This document shows, piece by piece, positions 39,490 through 51,341 of a stretch of DNA of 64,000 nucleotides. The translations under genes were made by a program, and so were the position numbers. Under the pieces are notes generated by a model, which searched no databases, was not told the DNA's origin, and saw only the letters and a list, made by a program, of their open reading frames with translations. Source of the stretch: Selaginella moellendorffii. Taxonomy: Eukaryota; Plantae; Lycopodiophyta. Position 1 is the first letter of the stretch, and the number at the start of each line of letters is the position of its first letter. The stretch covers positions 1 to 64,000 of the forward strand of contig NW_003314460.1 of the NCBI RefSeq assembly GCF_000143415.4, written 5' to 3'.

Positions 39490-39845
39490 TAATGACAAGA
39501 TTCCCAGGTGCCTTGACAGTTTCACCACCTGCTTGAGCAGCCATTGACAAGCTGTCCTTTCCACCTTCTATTGCAACCTCAAGCTCGATCATAGTGTCAC
39601 GAAGAGCAACAGCAGGATTGTACATATATGTCGGAATCAAGTTCAGCCTGCAAAGCTAAACAGATCATAAGGTGTGTAAACACAATTAAGATGAGAGTAC
39701 CTTAGCCCAAACAAGGTTCGTCAAAGCTTCTCCAAGCGCCAGCCCTAGCCATAGCTGCAGGATTCAGCAGTCCCTGCAAATTGTCTTCAGAAAAAAGTAA
39801 AGAATTTTCAATCTACCTTGATTGGTTGTTCACCAATAGCGCAAG
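39490..39845 (-). pseudogene. FGAM synthase (PUR4) fragment, several exons
   Basis: CAIGEQPIK|GLLNPAAMAR..LGEALTNLVWAK|..GGKDSLSMAAQAGGETVKAPGNLVIS; frameshifted. Confidence 0.88.
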
Positions 39846-41199
39846 CAGCATGTTGCCCTTAGCAAGCTTGGACACATCCTTGACATGTCCTTGACACATC
39901 CTTGACACACACACAGAGCGCTTACAATCTGGCTGAACGCCCTAAGAAATTTCACTTGATTTGGAGCGTCATTAAAATCAAAATTGAAGCGTTGCCACCC
40001 TTTTGGCACCTGATCTTTGCCATCTATTTGAAGGCTTTGAATTTCAACCGTTAGATTATAAGCATCATCAAACTCTTTATTTAAAGTTGCTATTTTGGCA
40101 TCGGCGTCACATATTCCATTTTTCGAATATCCATTTTTACTTATGGCAGATGCTCTCAATTCAACGATCCAGATTTGTGACGCTCCAAAGCAATGGTGCG
40201 GATTGTTACATGGTGGCAAAGAGCTTGGTTTTAGGTTTAAGAAACGGTTAATATGGCTGTCCGTATCTGGAGCATATTGGATGCTAAAATTTTATTGTGG
40301 GAGAAGAAGCGCATCGGAAGTAGAACTTTCCCGTCCCATATACTGTACATCCAAGACCTCAAGAAGAAGGTGACATCAGAGGTGATTTTTGTTTCAGAAT
40401 TTCTGGACGATACAGGTATTGCTCAGAAGAAAAAACAAATTTACTGCTTCTCTAGGTACTCTAACATTCAAGCAAATCCAGGGTGCCTTGCAGCATTTTT
40501 CCAGTCCAGTGAAGCTGATCAATGGCATCGCAACAAAATCCAGTGAGTTTTGTTTTAGAAAAAAAAATGACTACCATCTTTGGATATGCCTGTACAGCTT
40601 GCTTTGTGTAGCTCTAGGAGATGTAGTCGAGGTTCTGGTTGGAATAGGTGGAGAGGCAAGAGCTCAGGCTGGGAAGCAACATCCTTGGAAGCTCTCCAAA
40701 CAGGATCCGATTGATGCACATGTCTGCCTGGGTGGAGGTGCGCTCTCTGTTCCTCATTACCAGAGCTCACTGCCACAGATTCTGGAGAGTGCAAGAGACT
40801 GTTGGACTTCCAGGGAGTAGTTAGTGGAAAAGGTAGCTGACCTGTTTCATCACTTTGTTTCATTTCTGTGCTGCTGCAGAGTGACAACTTGCACACCAAG
40901 ATAGAGGAGGATGAGAAAGAGAAGCTGTAGAAAAAGCAAGCCCACATCCCATCTCTGTGGCCATGTGTCTGAATCCATCTGTGTTGCAGGGAAGAGGAAC
41001 GTCAGCTCCAGAAGAAGAAAAAGAGATGAGCAAAAGGCCCTTCCTGTCTGTCATTTTTGGACGAGGTCGACAGTGACACTGATGAAAGGGAAATGACAGC
41101 GATGAAGGCGAAATTGACAGTGCTGGTATGGTTTGGCAGCTTCAATCAAATCCAGTAAAAGATGAGAGGTGGCAGATGAACAGAAAAATAAAAAAACTG

Positions 41200-43095
41200 G
41201 GCAAGTTTGGGATCTCACCAGTATGGGGAAGACTGGGTAATGCTTTGCGTGTTTGTGTTTTTTCCAACCATGCTGTTCGTGATTCCAGTGGAAGTTCTCG
41301 AAGGCCAAGTTAATCTTTTGAGAGTCGAGCTAGGAGAAGTTCAACTCACAAAGCTCTTGGGAGGAAAGAGGTGGATCAGATGCCATGGTAAACACGTAAA
41401 CCTCCTATTTTCTTTCATTTTTTCCTTCAGGAATTCCATCTCTTGTTGCCAAGCCGCTGGGGTGTAGGGAATTAAAATGCCTGATTTGGTAAATTCATGA
41501 AGCCTTGTTCCGCTTTTCCTGACGAACACTGTAGGTACTCCAAAGGCCTCAGCTACGATTCTATACTGGACTGGGACAGCAACGCTGCTTCTTGATCTTC
41601 CTCGCATTCGTTATTATTCTTCTCAGAACTAGGTAGCCACAATTTTCACTAAAATCTAAAACAAGCACTGACTAAAGTCACGCAGATCCGAGTTCATTAA
41701 AAATCCTGGACCGCATAAGGTGCTGGTATAGTAGCATAAAATTTTTTTTTATGATGCTAATCAAAATCTCTCTCTTTTGCACTTCTTTTTAGGTGAAATT
41801 TATTCTTTTTTCTGACACAGAAGAGCGTGCATTTCCATTCAGAAGAGAAGCGGCCAAGAAGGACTCCGAGTTGATGTCTTTCAGATGTGTTTTGTGGAGG
41901 CAAGAGGAAGCTTCGATTTTGAAAAGCCGGTAGTTTTAGTGATAATCACGTGAATTGATTCATGCTTTTGCGTGTGGAGCAGGTTTGGATTAGAGTTGGC
42001 ACCGGCAGTAGTTTTCATCAAAGATCCAGGTGTCCAGCCCATAACTGTTTATGGTAAAAATCTTCTTTTCGGCAGCTTTGAGATGATTTCTTTCACTTTG
42101 CGGGTAAATTGCAGGTAAATTGCATGACCCCTTCATGGAAACTGTGGAAGAACATAAAGTTCATGGTAAGTACAATGTAGGCTCTTCCTCCTTTTGCTAT
42201 CTTTTGAATTGCAATTTGATGTGCGTGCTTTTATTTCTTCCTCAGCTGCAAAGCATCACGGCTTCCAAACTTGGATGTGATCCCGCGGACTTCTCTGCAG
42301 CTGGAAAAGATGTAGAAACATGGTACTGCATTGTGGTTGCTGGAAGGCCTGGTTTTCAGCTTGATCAACTCTGCAGTGTAAGATTTTCTTTCTTGTTGTT
42401 TCTAGCTGACGAGTTTCTCATTTTAGACGATGAGAATTGTGCAAGATGAGCTCGTGTAAGTGAGGACATTGATAGCCAAAATTTTGCTGCTGCCACTGCA
42501 TACAAAGACAAGCATTTGAGCCTATCATGGCTTGACGGCGAAATGCAAAAGGTGGATACTTATATAGCTCGCTGGTTAATTAATCCTTGTTTTTGTGCAG
42601 AAATTTTGCTATTACTGCCTCCCTTCTGAACCCGTCCATGAGACTTGCAGGCCGAGGCAGTACCAATTGCAAGACGTGGCAAGGATTTTGATGATACGTT
42701 TTAGAAGAGATCCAACATCAAAAGCCGGTGGTGAAGAGAATCAATACCTGGTGGCGTTTGAATTATGAGGAGCCAGATTTAGCATCGATGGATATTGCTC
42801 CATACAGTGATGCAAATGAAATCTCGGAGGTTGGTTGGTTTCATTTAGACTTTTTTCTCTTTTCTTTGCTATACCAAAGAGTTTTTCTGCAGGTTTTATC
42901 GTGAATTTCTAATAGTGTTCATGATGGCGACACAAATGAAATTCCATTCTTTGTAAGTGTTGTGGTGTTTTGAAAGTTTGGAGAACTCTTGACTGTGGGA
43001 TTTTGTTAGAATACTAAGTCGATGCCTGCGTTAATACCCGAGGAGCAAGCAGTCTTGATGCTCTCTTCAACACGGAATGCTGTGAGTGGAATGAG
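41200..43095 (+). pseudogene. DnaJ/thioredoxin-fold protein (AT1G18700-like) lacking the J domain, interrupted by an LTR element
   Basis: VELGEVQL, LPRIRYYS, GPHKV, APAVVFIKDPGVQP, LPQLQSITASKLGCDP..AGKDVETWYCIVVAGR, LSWLDGEMQK and HETC..DVARI. Frameshifts present; the frame appears to resume briefly after 59033. Confidence 0.8.
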
Positions 43096-43328
43096 TGTGA
43101 GACACAAAATCCCTAGGCCCCAAAGTGGAGCTGGAAGGGCGCCACATGGTAGTGGCCGAAGCGAGAGCCAAACGAGCGTAACACGTTTGGACCAAAAGCT
43201 CCGACTTGAAAAGTCAAGAGCGGGAGTGGAACTCCCAACGAAGTGCTCGAGGAACGAGCACGAAGCGAGCAAAAGGCGAGGCTCCAAAAAGGGACCCAAA
43301 AGGACCAACACATGACACGTGGGAGTGT

Positions 43329-43965
43329 CCGAGATGGACCCGAGTTGGAGTCCGAAGTGGAGTCCGAGATGGACCCGAGTTGGAGTCCGAAGTGGAGTCC
43401 GAGATGGACCCGAGTTGGAGTCCGAAGTGGAGTCCGAGATGGACCCGAGTTGGAGTCCGAAGTGGAGTCCGAGATGGACCCGAGTTGGAGTCCGAAGTGG
43501 AGTCCGAGATGGACCCGAGTTGGAGTCCGAAGTGGAGTCCGAGATGGACCCGAGTTGGAGTCCGAAGTGGAGTCCGAGATGGACCCGAGATGGAGTCCGA
43601 GATGGAGTCCGAGATGGAGTCCGAGGTGGACCCGAGATGGACCCGAAATGGAGTCCGAGATGGAGTCCGAGATGGACCCGAGATGGAGTCCGAGATGGAG
43701 TCCGAGATGGACCCGAGATGGACCCGAGATGGACCCGAGATGGAGTCCGAGATGGAGTCCGAGATGGACCCGAGATGGAGTCCGAGATGGAGTCCAAGAT
43801 GGAGTCCGAAGTCGAGACCGAGACCGGGACCGAGACCGAGACCAAGACCGAGACCGAGATCGGGACCGAGACCGAGCCCGAGCCCGAGGCCGAGACCGAG
43901 CCCGAGCCCGAGACTGAGCCCGAATCCGAGTCCGAGTCCGAGTCCGAGTCCGAGTCCGAGTCCGG
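43329..43965 (+). repeat. Hierarchical CCGAG minisatellite in the 5' LTR
   Basis: 7 x 35-bp CCGAGATGGAC-CCGAGTTGGAGT-CCGAAGTGGAGT, then 11/12-mers, then CCGAGA/CCGAGC/CCGAGT hexamers. Confidence 0.95.
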
Positions 43966-45191
43966 AGCCTGAGAGGGTGAAAGCCCAAAGCGTTCGTCTC
44001 CCAGACCCTGGGGGGTTTGGTGAGCTCCAAAAGTATAGCAAGGGGAGGACTACAGTGGAGCCAGTTTGGCCAGGAAAGGCCAGTTTGGCCAGGAAAGGCC
44101 AGTTTTTCCCAGGAAGGCCGGACCCAGTGCTGGGTGATGAGCTGCCCACTGGGAAGTCCAAGACTAGAGTGAACACAGACTGTCGCGCATGTGACTTCGG
44201 GTATCGAAAGTTACCTGTCGACTAGTCCTTACGGACACTCTTACCTTACTGCCACGATGGCAGGAGGTCGATACTGCTGGTTCCCTTTATTGGCCCCTCT
44301 TGTTCAAGTGTTAGTAAACTGGACTTTGCATCTGTACTTGGCCGGATGAGCATAAGGAAGGAATTCCTAAGTGTCTATTTAGCTGAGCATACTTGGCCCG
44401 GCTTGTTAGTTCTCTTTTGCTCTGTCTTGCACTGGCTTGACAAGAACCCTCGCGTATTGAGATTGGTCCCTCAATATCGCTGGATGATAGTTTACCGTGT
44501 CTGCCAAACACCCTCGCTATCATGCCCTTTGTGTTAGTCTCATTTCGGTCCCAAATGCTATTTATGGAAAGTGTCCAGATTTGCTCATTTGGCATATCTA
44601 CGGAATGTAGAGATCGGCCTGAACACAATGGTGTTCGTCCCGTGTCCAAATTTGCAATCTAAGGACATTCCATATTTAGTAAGTTTCGAGCTTGTCCCAG
44701 AGACTAACTCCTGATACTAAGGGAGGCTTGGGGTGAAAGCCCAAAGCGTGTGTCCCTCAAGGGGGGGGGGCTGTGGGGGGTTCCAAATGTATAGTAGGGA
44801 TAGTGGGTAGGTCGGGCATGGCCGACCAACCTGAGGCATAGTTTAGCTCCCGCTTGCGTGCCTGTCCTTGTTCTGCGTCCGGCTTGGGTCTAAGCCCAAG
44901 TTCCATTCCATGCTAGTTGGTGGAGTACCCATATCCTCGCGTTAGGCCACCGGTATGCTGAAATAGCGCCAGACTCCGTTTGGCTCTGTTTTGCGTGCTG
45001 GTCCTGGCATTGGGATGCTGGTTACTCTAGGACTGTTCCAAGTCGCTCTGGGCTCCTGTCCCTTCGCTCCTTGGGCTTCATGCTTGGGAGTTGCTCCGTG
45101 GTTCGGTTCTGTCACTCCTCGGCTCCATGCTTGAGAGTTTGGCACCGTTCCTTCGTTTAGTGGCCCAAGGCCCTGAACCTCGGGTCCTGTG

Positions 45192-45242
45192 GACACGTGG
45201 CATGGACACGTGGCATGTGACACGTGGCATCTGTCACGTGGC
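45192..45242 (+). promoter_or_regulatory. Cluster of four G-box/ABRE motifs (CACGTGGC) in the nested LTR; repeated at 52181-52231
   Basis: gacacgtggc x3 plus tcacgtggc. Function untested. Confidence 0.55.
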
Positions 45243-45322
45243 ACAAAGAGGGTTCCGCTTCGTGGTGTTATCCTATGGTAAATCACCATAGGATAAAGGG
45301 TCAAAACCACGTGCGCTACATT

Positions 45323-45333
45323 TGGTATCAGAG
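45323..45333 (+). other. Primer binding site (tRNA-iMet type), nested element
   Basis: TGGTATCAGAG, 2 nt after the LTR end. Confidence 0.9.
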
Positions 45334-48300
45334 GATGAGTCTCAGCGAGTACTATTCAATGAGATTGGGCAACTAATCTCGTTGCATACGCAGAGATGAA
45401 AACGATGATCCGAGTGGGTAAATCACGTTTGGTGCAAAGGGTTCACAATTGTTCCTTGGGCTCATAGGATGGATTTGAGATGCTCCGTTAGCACGAGTTT
45501 GAGCTTGGGCACATTAGCAACTCGAGGTTACACTTTGAGTTGGCAGGATTAATGTTAGCCTATCGGTGGTTCCATAAGTTGTTCCATGTACCGTGGGTGA
45601 AAGTAAACCTTCCCTGAGTTTGCTATGAGTGGCAAATAGGCTGGTCCGTAGCTGTTTAGCACGGCACTAGTAGATCCTTCCTAGGCATGATTACAAGTGG
45701 ATCAACTAAGACTGTAGGGATTAGTCTATTGGTTCAAGTAATCATTGCCGTGCTCTCTTATAAACTTTTCTTGGATTGGACTGAAGGCAGTGCGAACGCA
45801 AGCTTGAAGTGTAGTCAAAGATGAGACCGAAAAGAGAGTCGTCAGGGACGAAGGATCAAACACGTAAATCATCTTCTCTTCTTGGAGAGATGATTTGCAA
45901 CAAGGTGTTAACTCATTGCTCATGTTCATATTATGCAATCAAGAGTCCCTACCTTGATGCATGTTGGAAATGATGGTCTTGTAAGTGGTGAGTCATGGGA
46001 TGGATAACAGTGAAACGTTATACCATTTTGTTTAGACTCGCTATTGGAAGACTTGAGTTACAATGCTCAATTCTTTTCCGGGGAACCTTGCTATTGCTCC
46101 TCGAGTAGCTTGGTGTTGGACTAGTTTTAAGTTTGGTCAAATAGAGAGAGTGGCATAAGCTTGGCCATGTTGTGAACAAAAGTTAGTGGTGTTGGGTGTT
46201 ATAAGTCTCTATTGGTGAAGTGTGGCATCTATGTTGCATTTTGTCGAATTGAGTTGGCACTTGATACTCACATAAACTTTTGAAGTAATGACATTGGCAT
46301 TGCTCGTGGTGTTGCTCAATTGATGATCAAGTCATTGTGATTTCCATATCATATCCATGTGATAATGAGCAATGTGTTTACGAAGTTGCTTGGTTAAATG
46401 ATGATCAACCCCAAAGTGGTTGATGGTGAAGCTAGTCTACTTGCACGAAGTAGCATTGTAGTAGCTTTGACTGGATTCTCGATGATGGTCCATTATGCTA
46501 AGCTTAAGTTGGTTCCTTGTTCCTTGAGTTTGCCCACTAAGGTGTTTGAAAAAGGGTTATAGCATTCACTTGTTATAGCTTGTCGGTTGATCCGCTAGCA
46601 CTTAGAGTAGATTGTTGGATAGAGAAGGTGTGAAGTTGAGGCATTGACATTGCTAGCACTTGTGTTAGTGGAAGTGGCATTGTTATTTTCGAGTGATGAG
46701 GAAGTTTCCTTAGAGCTTGATTTTCTATGTCATTTTTCTTGTTAGTGTTTGGGCTTCACATTGGATCTTAAAGATGGTTGAAGAAGAGTGTTAGTGCAAT
46801 ATGGATATTCGAAGATGTGGTCTTCATGATCAAGCCTTGGATGTTCCATTTGCATTTTACGGATATCGGTGTTGGATGTCGAAAGAATGGGCAAAAAGAT
46901 ATTTGTGGCTTAAGCATACTATGGGTCATGAGAATTTGTGTTGAGGTGAACCTATGTGAAGTTGTTAGTAGGAGGAAGTTGGTTGAGTCTTGAAAGTTTG
47001 TATTCCTGGACTGAGAGTCATTCTTTCTCTAGGATGGAAATTTTCCACAAATTTTCTTAGACTTTTTCAATGGCTGATCTGTTATCACTTTGTCCGAAAA
47101 CCATTCCGTTTTCATAAGCCAATACAAACTAGTGAAGGGGTTGGAGTTGACTTCGGTTAGCTTAGACCTTAGTAGATAGTTTGTATAATGCGGCCCAAAA
47201 GGGATGCTAACTTTTGGGGCTAAGGCAATTGAGTTGGATAGAGTCTGGAGTTAATGTAGAAAAGTGGCCGTTGCACTTTTCTAGAAAGGTGACCCTTGTG
47301 CCTTTCTTTTGTAACGTTATGCTTGGTGGCAGGTTGCACTTTGCATTTCGTTAGACTCTATGAGAGTAGTGAGCTCTCACTGATCTTGACTTGGTCTTGG
47401 TGGCCCTGCGCCTTGGCTGAGGATGGTGATGTCCAACTTAGTTGTTTGCAGTTAAGATGTTGATACCCATACTATAGCTTTGTCTATAAGGAGGTTGTGT
47501 ACCAATATGAGTTCATCTTATGGTCTTCACTTTAGTTTCGACTAAGTGTTGATCATGCATATCTAGCCTCTTCAAGGCATGCTCAAAGCTGTTGGCTAAA
47601 TGCATTAGTGAGCTTATTGCGGTTGAGTTGGATTCGAGTGGTCATTTAGTTTGTGCCTGTCCATGAGCTAATATCTCGTATCTGGGGTATTATATTCATG
47701 TTAGACAAGTATATGACTCAATGACATGAGTTAGTGTTTGGGTCTTGTGAAAGGCAAGACAAGTGATTGTTGGTTGCTTTGTGACTAATGATTGCTTGTA
47801 GACTTTGTCAAGGGCTTTTGACACTTACTTCACTCGATGATGATTTAGCAGTGATGGGTTTGCTTTACCTGTTGGTGTTGCGGAGGATCATGTCGTTAGA
47901 CTTACATGGTTTCTTTTCCATGTTGGCATATTGACTCTACCTCTGTCAATATCATTTGGTTGCGTTTAGTTCGTAGTGTTAGATTTCATTAAGTCTTGGA
48001 TGTGGTGAATCACTCCTTGATGAAGTGTTATCTGTAGCTGAGTATTGTTGAGGGATTGGTCTCAGATACCGACTAAGGTATCTTCGACTTTGGTTAGCTT
48101 GGTTGCTAGAAAGTCTTGAGTGGTGATACACTCGTGCTTTCTTCTAGCTTTGTTCTAGTGTTGATGGCATTGAAGAAATGCCTTGTCATTGACATTGTTG
48201 TTGTTGAGATTCAAGTGAAATAAGATGTCTATCCTTAAGATTGACATTGAGTTTCATTAGTTTTGATGAAGATAATGTTCATGATTTGGCTTTGGCTTTG

Positions 48301-50358
48301 TGTCATTGGCATTCGTGCATTTGCTAGTTAGCAACTATACTGACGTTCAAACGAACCAAGTGGCAAGTTTGAGTTAGTTGTGTCCAGATGAGATTGTTTA
48401 GTAAGGGTTGAGCTTTGAACTTTTCCTTGAAAAGTGATTCAATTGTGGACTATGCTAACTCTACAAGCGGAAGAGTTAGTGATTGATATTGGAATGTTTG
48501 AATCCTTATTGGATTTGAGTTGGAATATATCGATCATTGATGATTCTTCTTGTGCTTGTTATGAAGTGAGTTACGTCTTGCTATAGATGGATTCATGGAG
48601 GATCGTTTGGTGATCACTTGTTGAGCATAGCTTCATTATGTTTAGCTTTTGGATTGATGCAGGCATGCTCTTCATTAGCTTTGGCATTATGAAGTTTGGC
48701 TTATGGATATATTGAGGAGGATATTGTGGGTTGCACCATGATTTCTTCTTTAGCATTGAAGTTAGTTCGTGCGAAACTCGTGATCATTATTAGGCAAGAC
48801 TTGGCTATAGACTTCTTCGAACTTTTGGTTATTTGAGTTTTCATGCTCATTGTTCCATTTGTTAGGAGTTGTTGGGGGAAGGCATTTTGGCTCATTAGCT
48901 TCGATGTTGACGTTAGTCTTTGCATCTAGCAATCATTGGTGATGATTGACTATCATCTAAGATAGTTGATTATCCTTGTCAAGGGTTTTGCTTGATTATT
49001 GTTGGTATAGAATGATTTGCTGTTCTTCGGGATGGTAAATTCTTTCTTCAATGATAATTATGCATTTCTCTCTTGTTAGGATGATTGATGATCTTTCATG
49101 GTGGTTATTTGTTCTCTTTGATGGCTTGTGGCTTTTCGCAATATCACATGTTCTTTGTGGTTTGCTTTGGATTGGTCTCTTGGGTTTGAGACATCCATAG
49201 GATGTTGCTGATGCTTGCTTGAGCAACTCTAGTTCCTTGGTATTGTTGACCAGGATCTATTCAGATTGACTTTTATGATAGTTGGCATGAGTGGGTGTTT
49301 GTTGGTCTTACCGCATTCATTCTGTTCTGTTGATTATTGTTTGAGTTAGTTCTGATAGGTTGGGATGTTATCTCCTTCGGGTGATACATTCGCGAGCATT
49401 GTGCTTGTTAGTCAATGATACTTTGTGTCTTTTGAGTTATCTCTAGTAAGTTATTGGCTTACTGTCTACTATCTTCGGTAGTTAAGTTTCACCATTGAGT
49501 TTACTTGATGATATACTTGCTATTGAATTTTGTTGGATGGTGAATCCTATGTTTACAAATTTTGATGATCTTGGTGGTTCCTATACTATACTAGTTTATC
49601 GGATGATAACTTGCTTAGAATACTTTTGTGTTCTACTCTAAGATTTAATCATTGGTAATTAAGTCTCTAAGATATCATTGTCTCTGACTTTGATATTGTC
49701 CATCTCTTGATCTTTGAGTTTGGGCCAGTAATGGGCAGACTGGCTTCGGCACTTCGTGTGCATGTTGAAATCTCTAGTCATGGGGTAGCTACTGTCGACT
49801 GGTCACATAACCCGCCTCTCTGTCGATGTTCCTTATTCTGTTGAAAGGGCGTGACCGTGTAAACAACTCTAACTGCCTGTTTATAGTAGTCTATCTAAAC
49901 CTTACCGACGGGTTTGGTTTCTTTGCTTAGGAGGGTTGGGGCCTCTGGCTTCTCTCTCTATGTTCCTGCGGGCAGGGGCATATCACACTTTTGTAAGCTG
50001 GGTGACTCCCAGAGCAGCAAGGGTGGCTAACTCTGTTGGTCATTTCCTTGTCGGCGACGGCCGGAAGGTGTCTGAGCTGGTAGCGCATCCGCGTTAGACA
50101 AAGAGGTTGCCCCCTAACTCATTTAAGTTGGTGCATTTCTCACATAGTGTGAGTACCGTGAACTTTTTCTGGAGTTGTTTCCTTGGCGGTATTCTAGACT
50201 CGAGTATGCATCGACGAGGACGTCGATCTTCCCTAGGGGGGGAGAGTGTCGCGCATGTGACTTCGGGTATCGAAAGTTACCTGTCGACTAGTCCTTACGG
50301 ACACTCTTACCTTACTGCCACGATGGCAGGAGGTCGATACTGCTGGTTCCCTTTATTG

Positions 50359-51341
50359 GAGCGACTTGGAACAGTCCTGGAGCAACCAGCATCCCAATGC
50401 CAGGACCAGCACGCAAAACGGAGCCAAACGGAGTCTGGCGCTATTTCGGCATACCGGTGGCCTAACGCGAGGACATGGGTACTCCACCAACTAGCATGGA
50501 ATGGAACTTGGGCTTAGACCCAAGCCGGACGCAGAACAAGGACAGGCACGCAAGCGGGAGCTAAACTATGCCTCAGGTTGGTCGGCCATGCCCGACCTAC
50601 CCACTATCCCTACTATACATTTGGAACCCCCCACAGCCCCCCCCCCTTGAGGAACACACGCTTTGGGCTTTCACCCAAAGCCTCCCTTAGTATCAGGAGT
50701 TAGTCTCTGGGACAAGCTCGAAACTTACTAAATATGGAATGTCCCTAGATTGCGAATTTGGACATGGGATGAACACCATTGTGTTCAGGACGATCTCTAC
50801 ATTCCGTAGATATGCCAAATGAGCAAATCTGGACATTTTCCATAAATAGCATTTGGGACCGAAATGAGACCAACACAAAGGGCATGATAGCGAGGGTGTT
50901 TGGCAGACACGGTAAGCTATCATGTAGCGATATTGAGGGACCAATCTCAATACGCGAGGGTTCTTGTCAAGCCAGTGCAAGACAGAGCAAAAGAGAACTA
51001 ACAAGCCGGGCCAAGTATGCTTAGCTAAATAGACACTTAGGAATTCCTTCCTTATGCTCATCCGGCCAAGTACAGATGCAAAGTCCAGTTTACTAACACT
51101 TGAACAAGAGGGGCTGATAAAGGGAACCAGCAATACCGACCTCCTGCCATCGTGGCAGTAAGGTAAGAGTGTCCGTAAGGACTGGTCGACAGGTAACTTT
51201 CGATACCCGAAGTCACATTCGCGACACTCTCCCCCCCTTGGGAAGATCGACGTCCTCGTCGATGCATACTCCAGTCTAGAATACCGCCAAGGAAACAACT
51301 CCATAAAAAGTTCACGGTACTCACACTATGTGAGAAATGCA
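50359..51341 (-). mobile_element. Inverted LTR + PPT segment inserted into the nested 3' LTR
   Basis: Reverse complement of LTR positions ~44181-45048 plus ~115 bp of pre-LTR sequence, with scattered substitutions relative to the host LTRs. Confidence 0.92.

Noticed and set aside
43329-43573. 35-bp periodic array as a CRISPR
   Set aside because: The units are contiguous with no unique spacers, there are no cas genes, and the context is a eukaryotic LTR.
43006-44225. Long ORFs (217-339 aa) in all six frames, also at 57170-58306
   Set aside because: They are translations of the stop-free CCGAG minisatellite in the LTR: low complexity and open on both strands.
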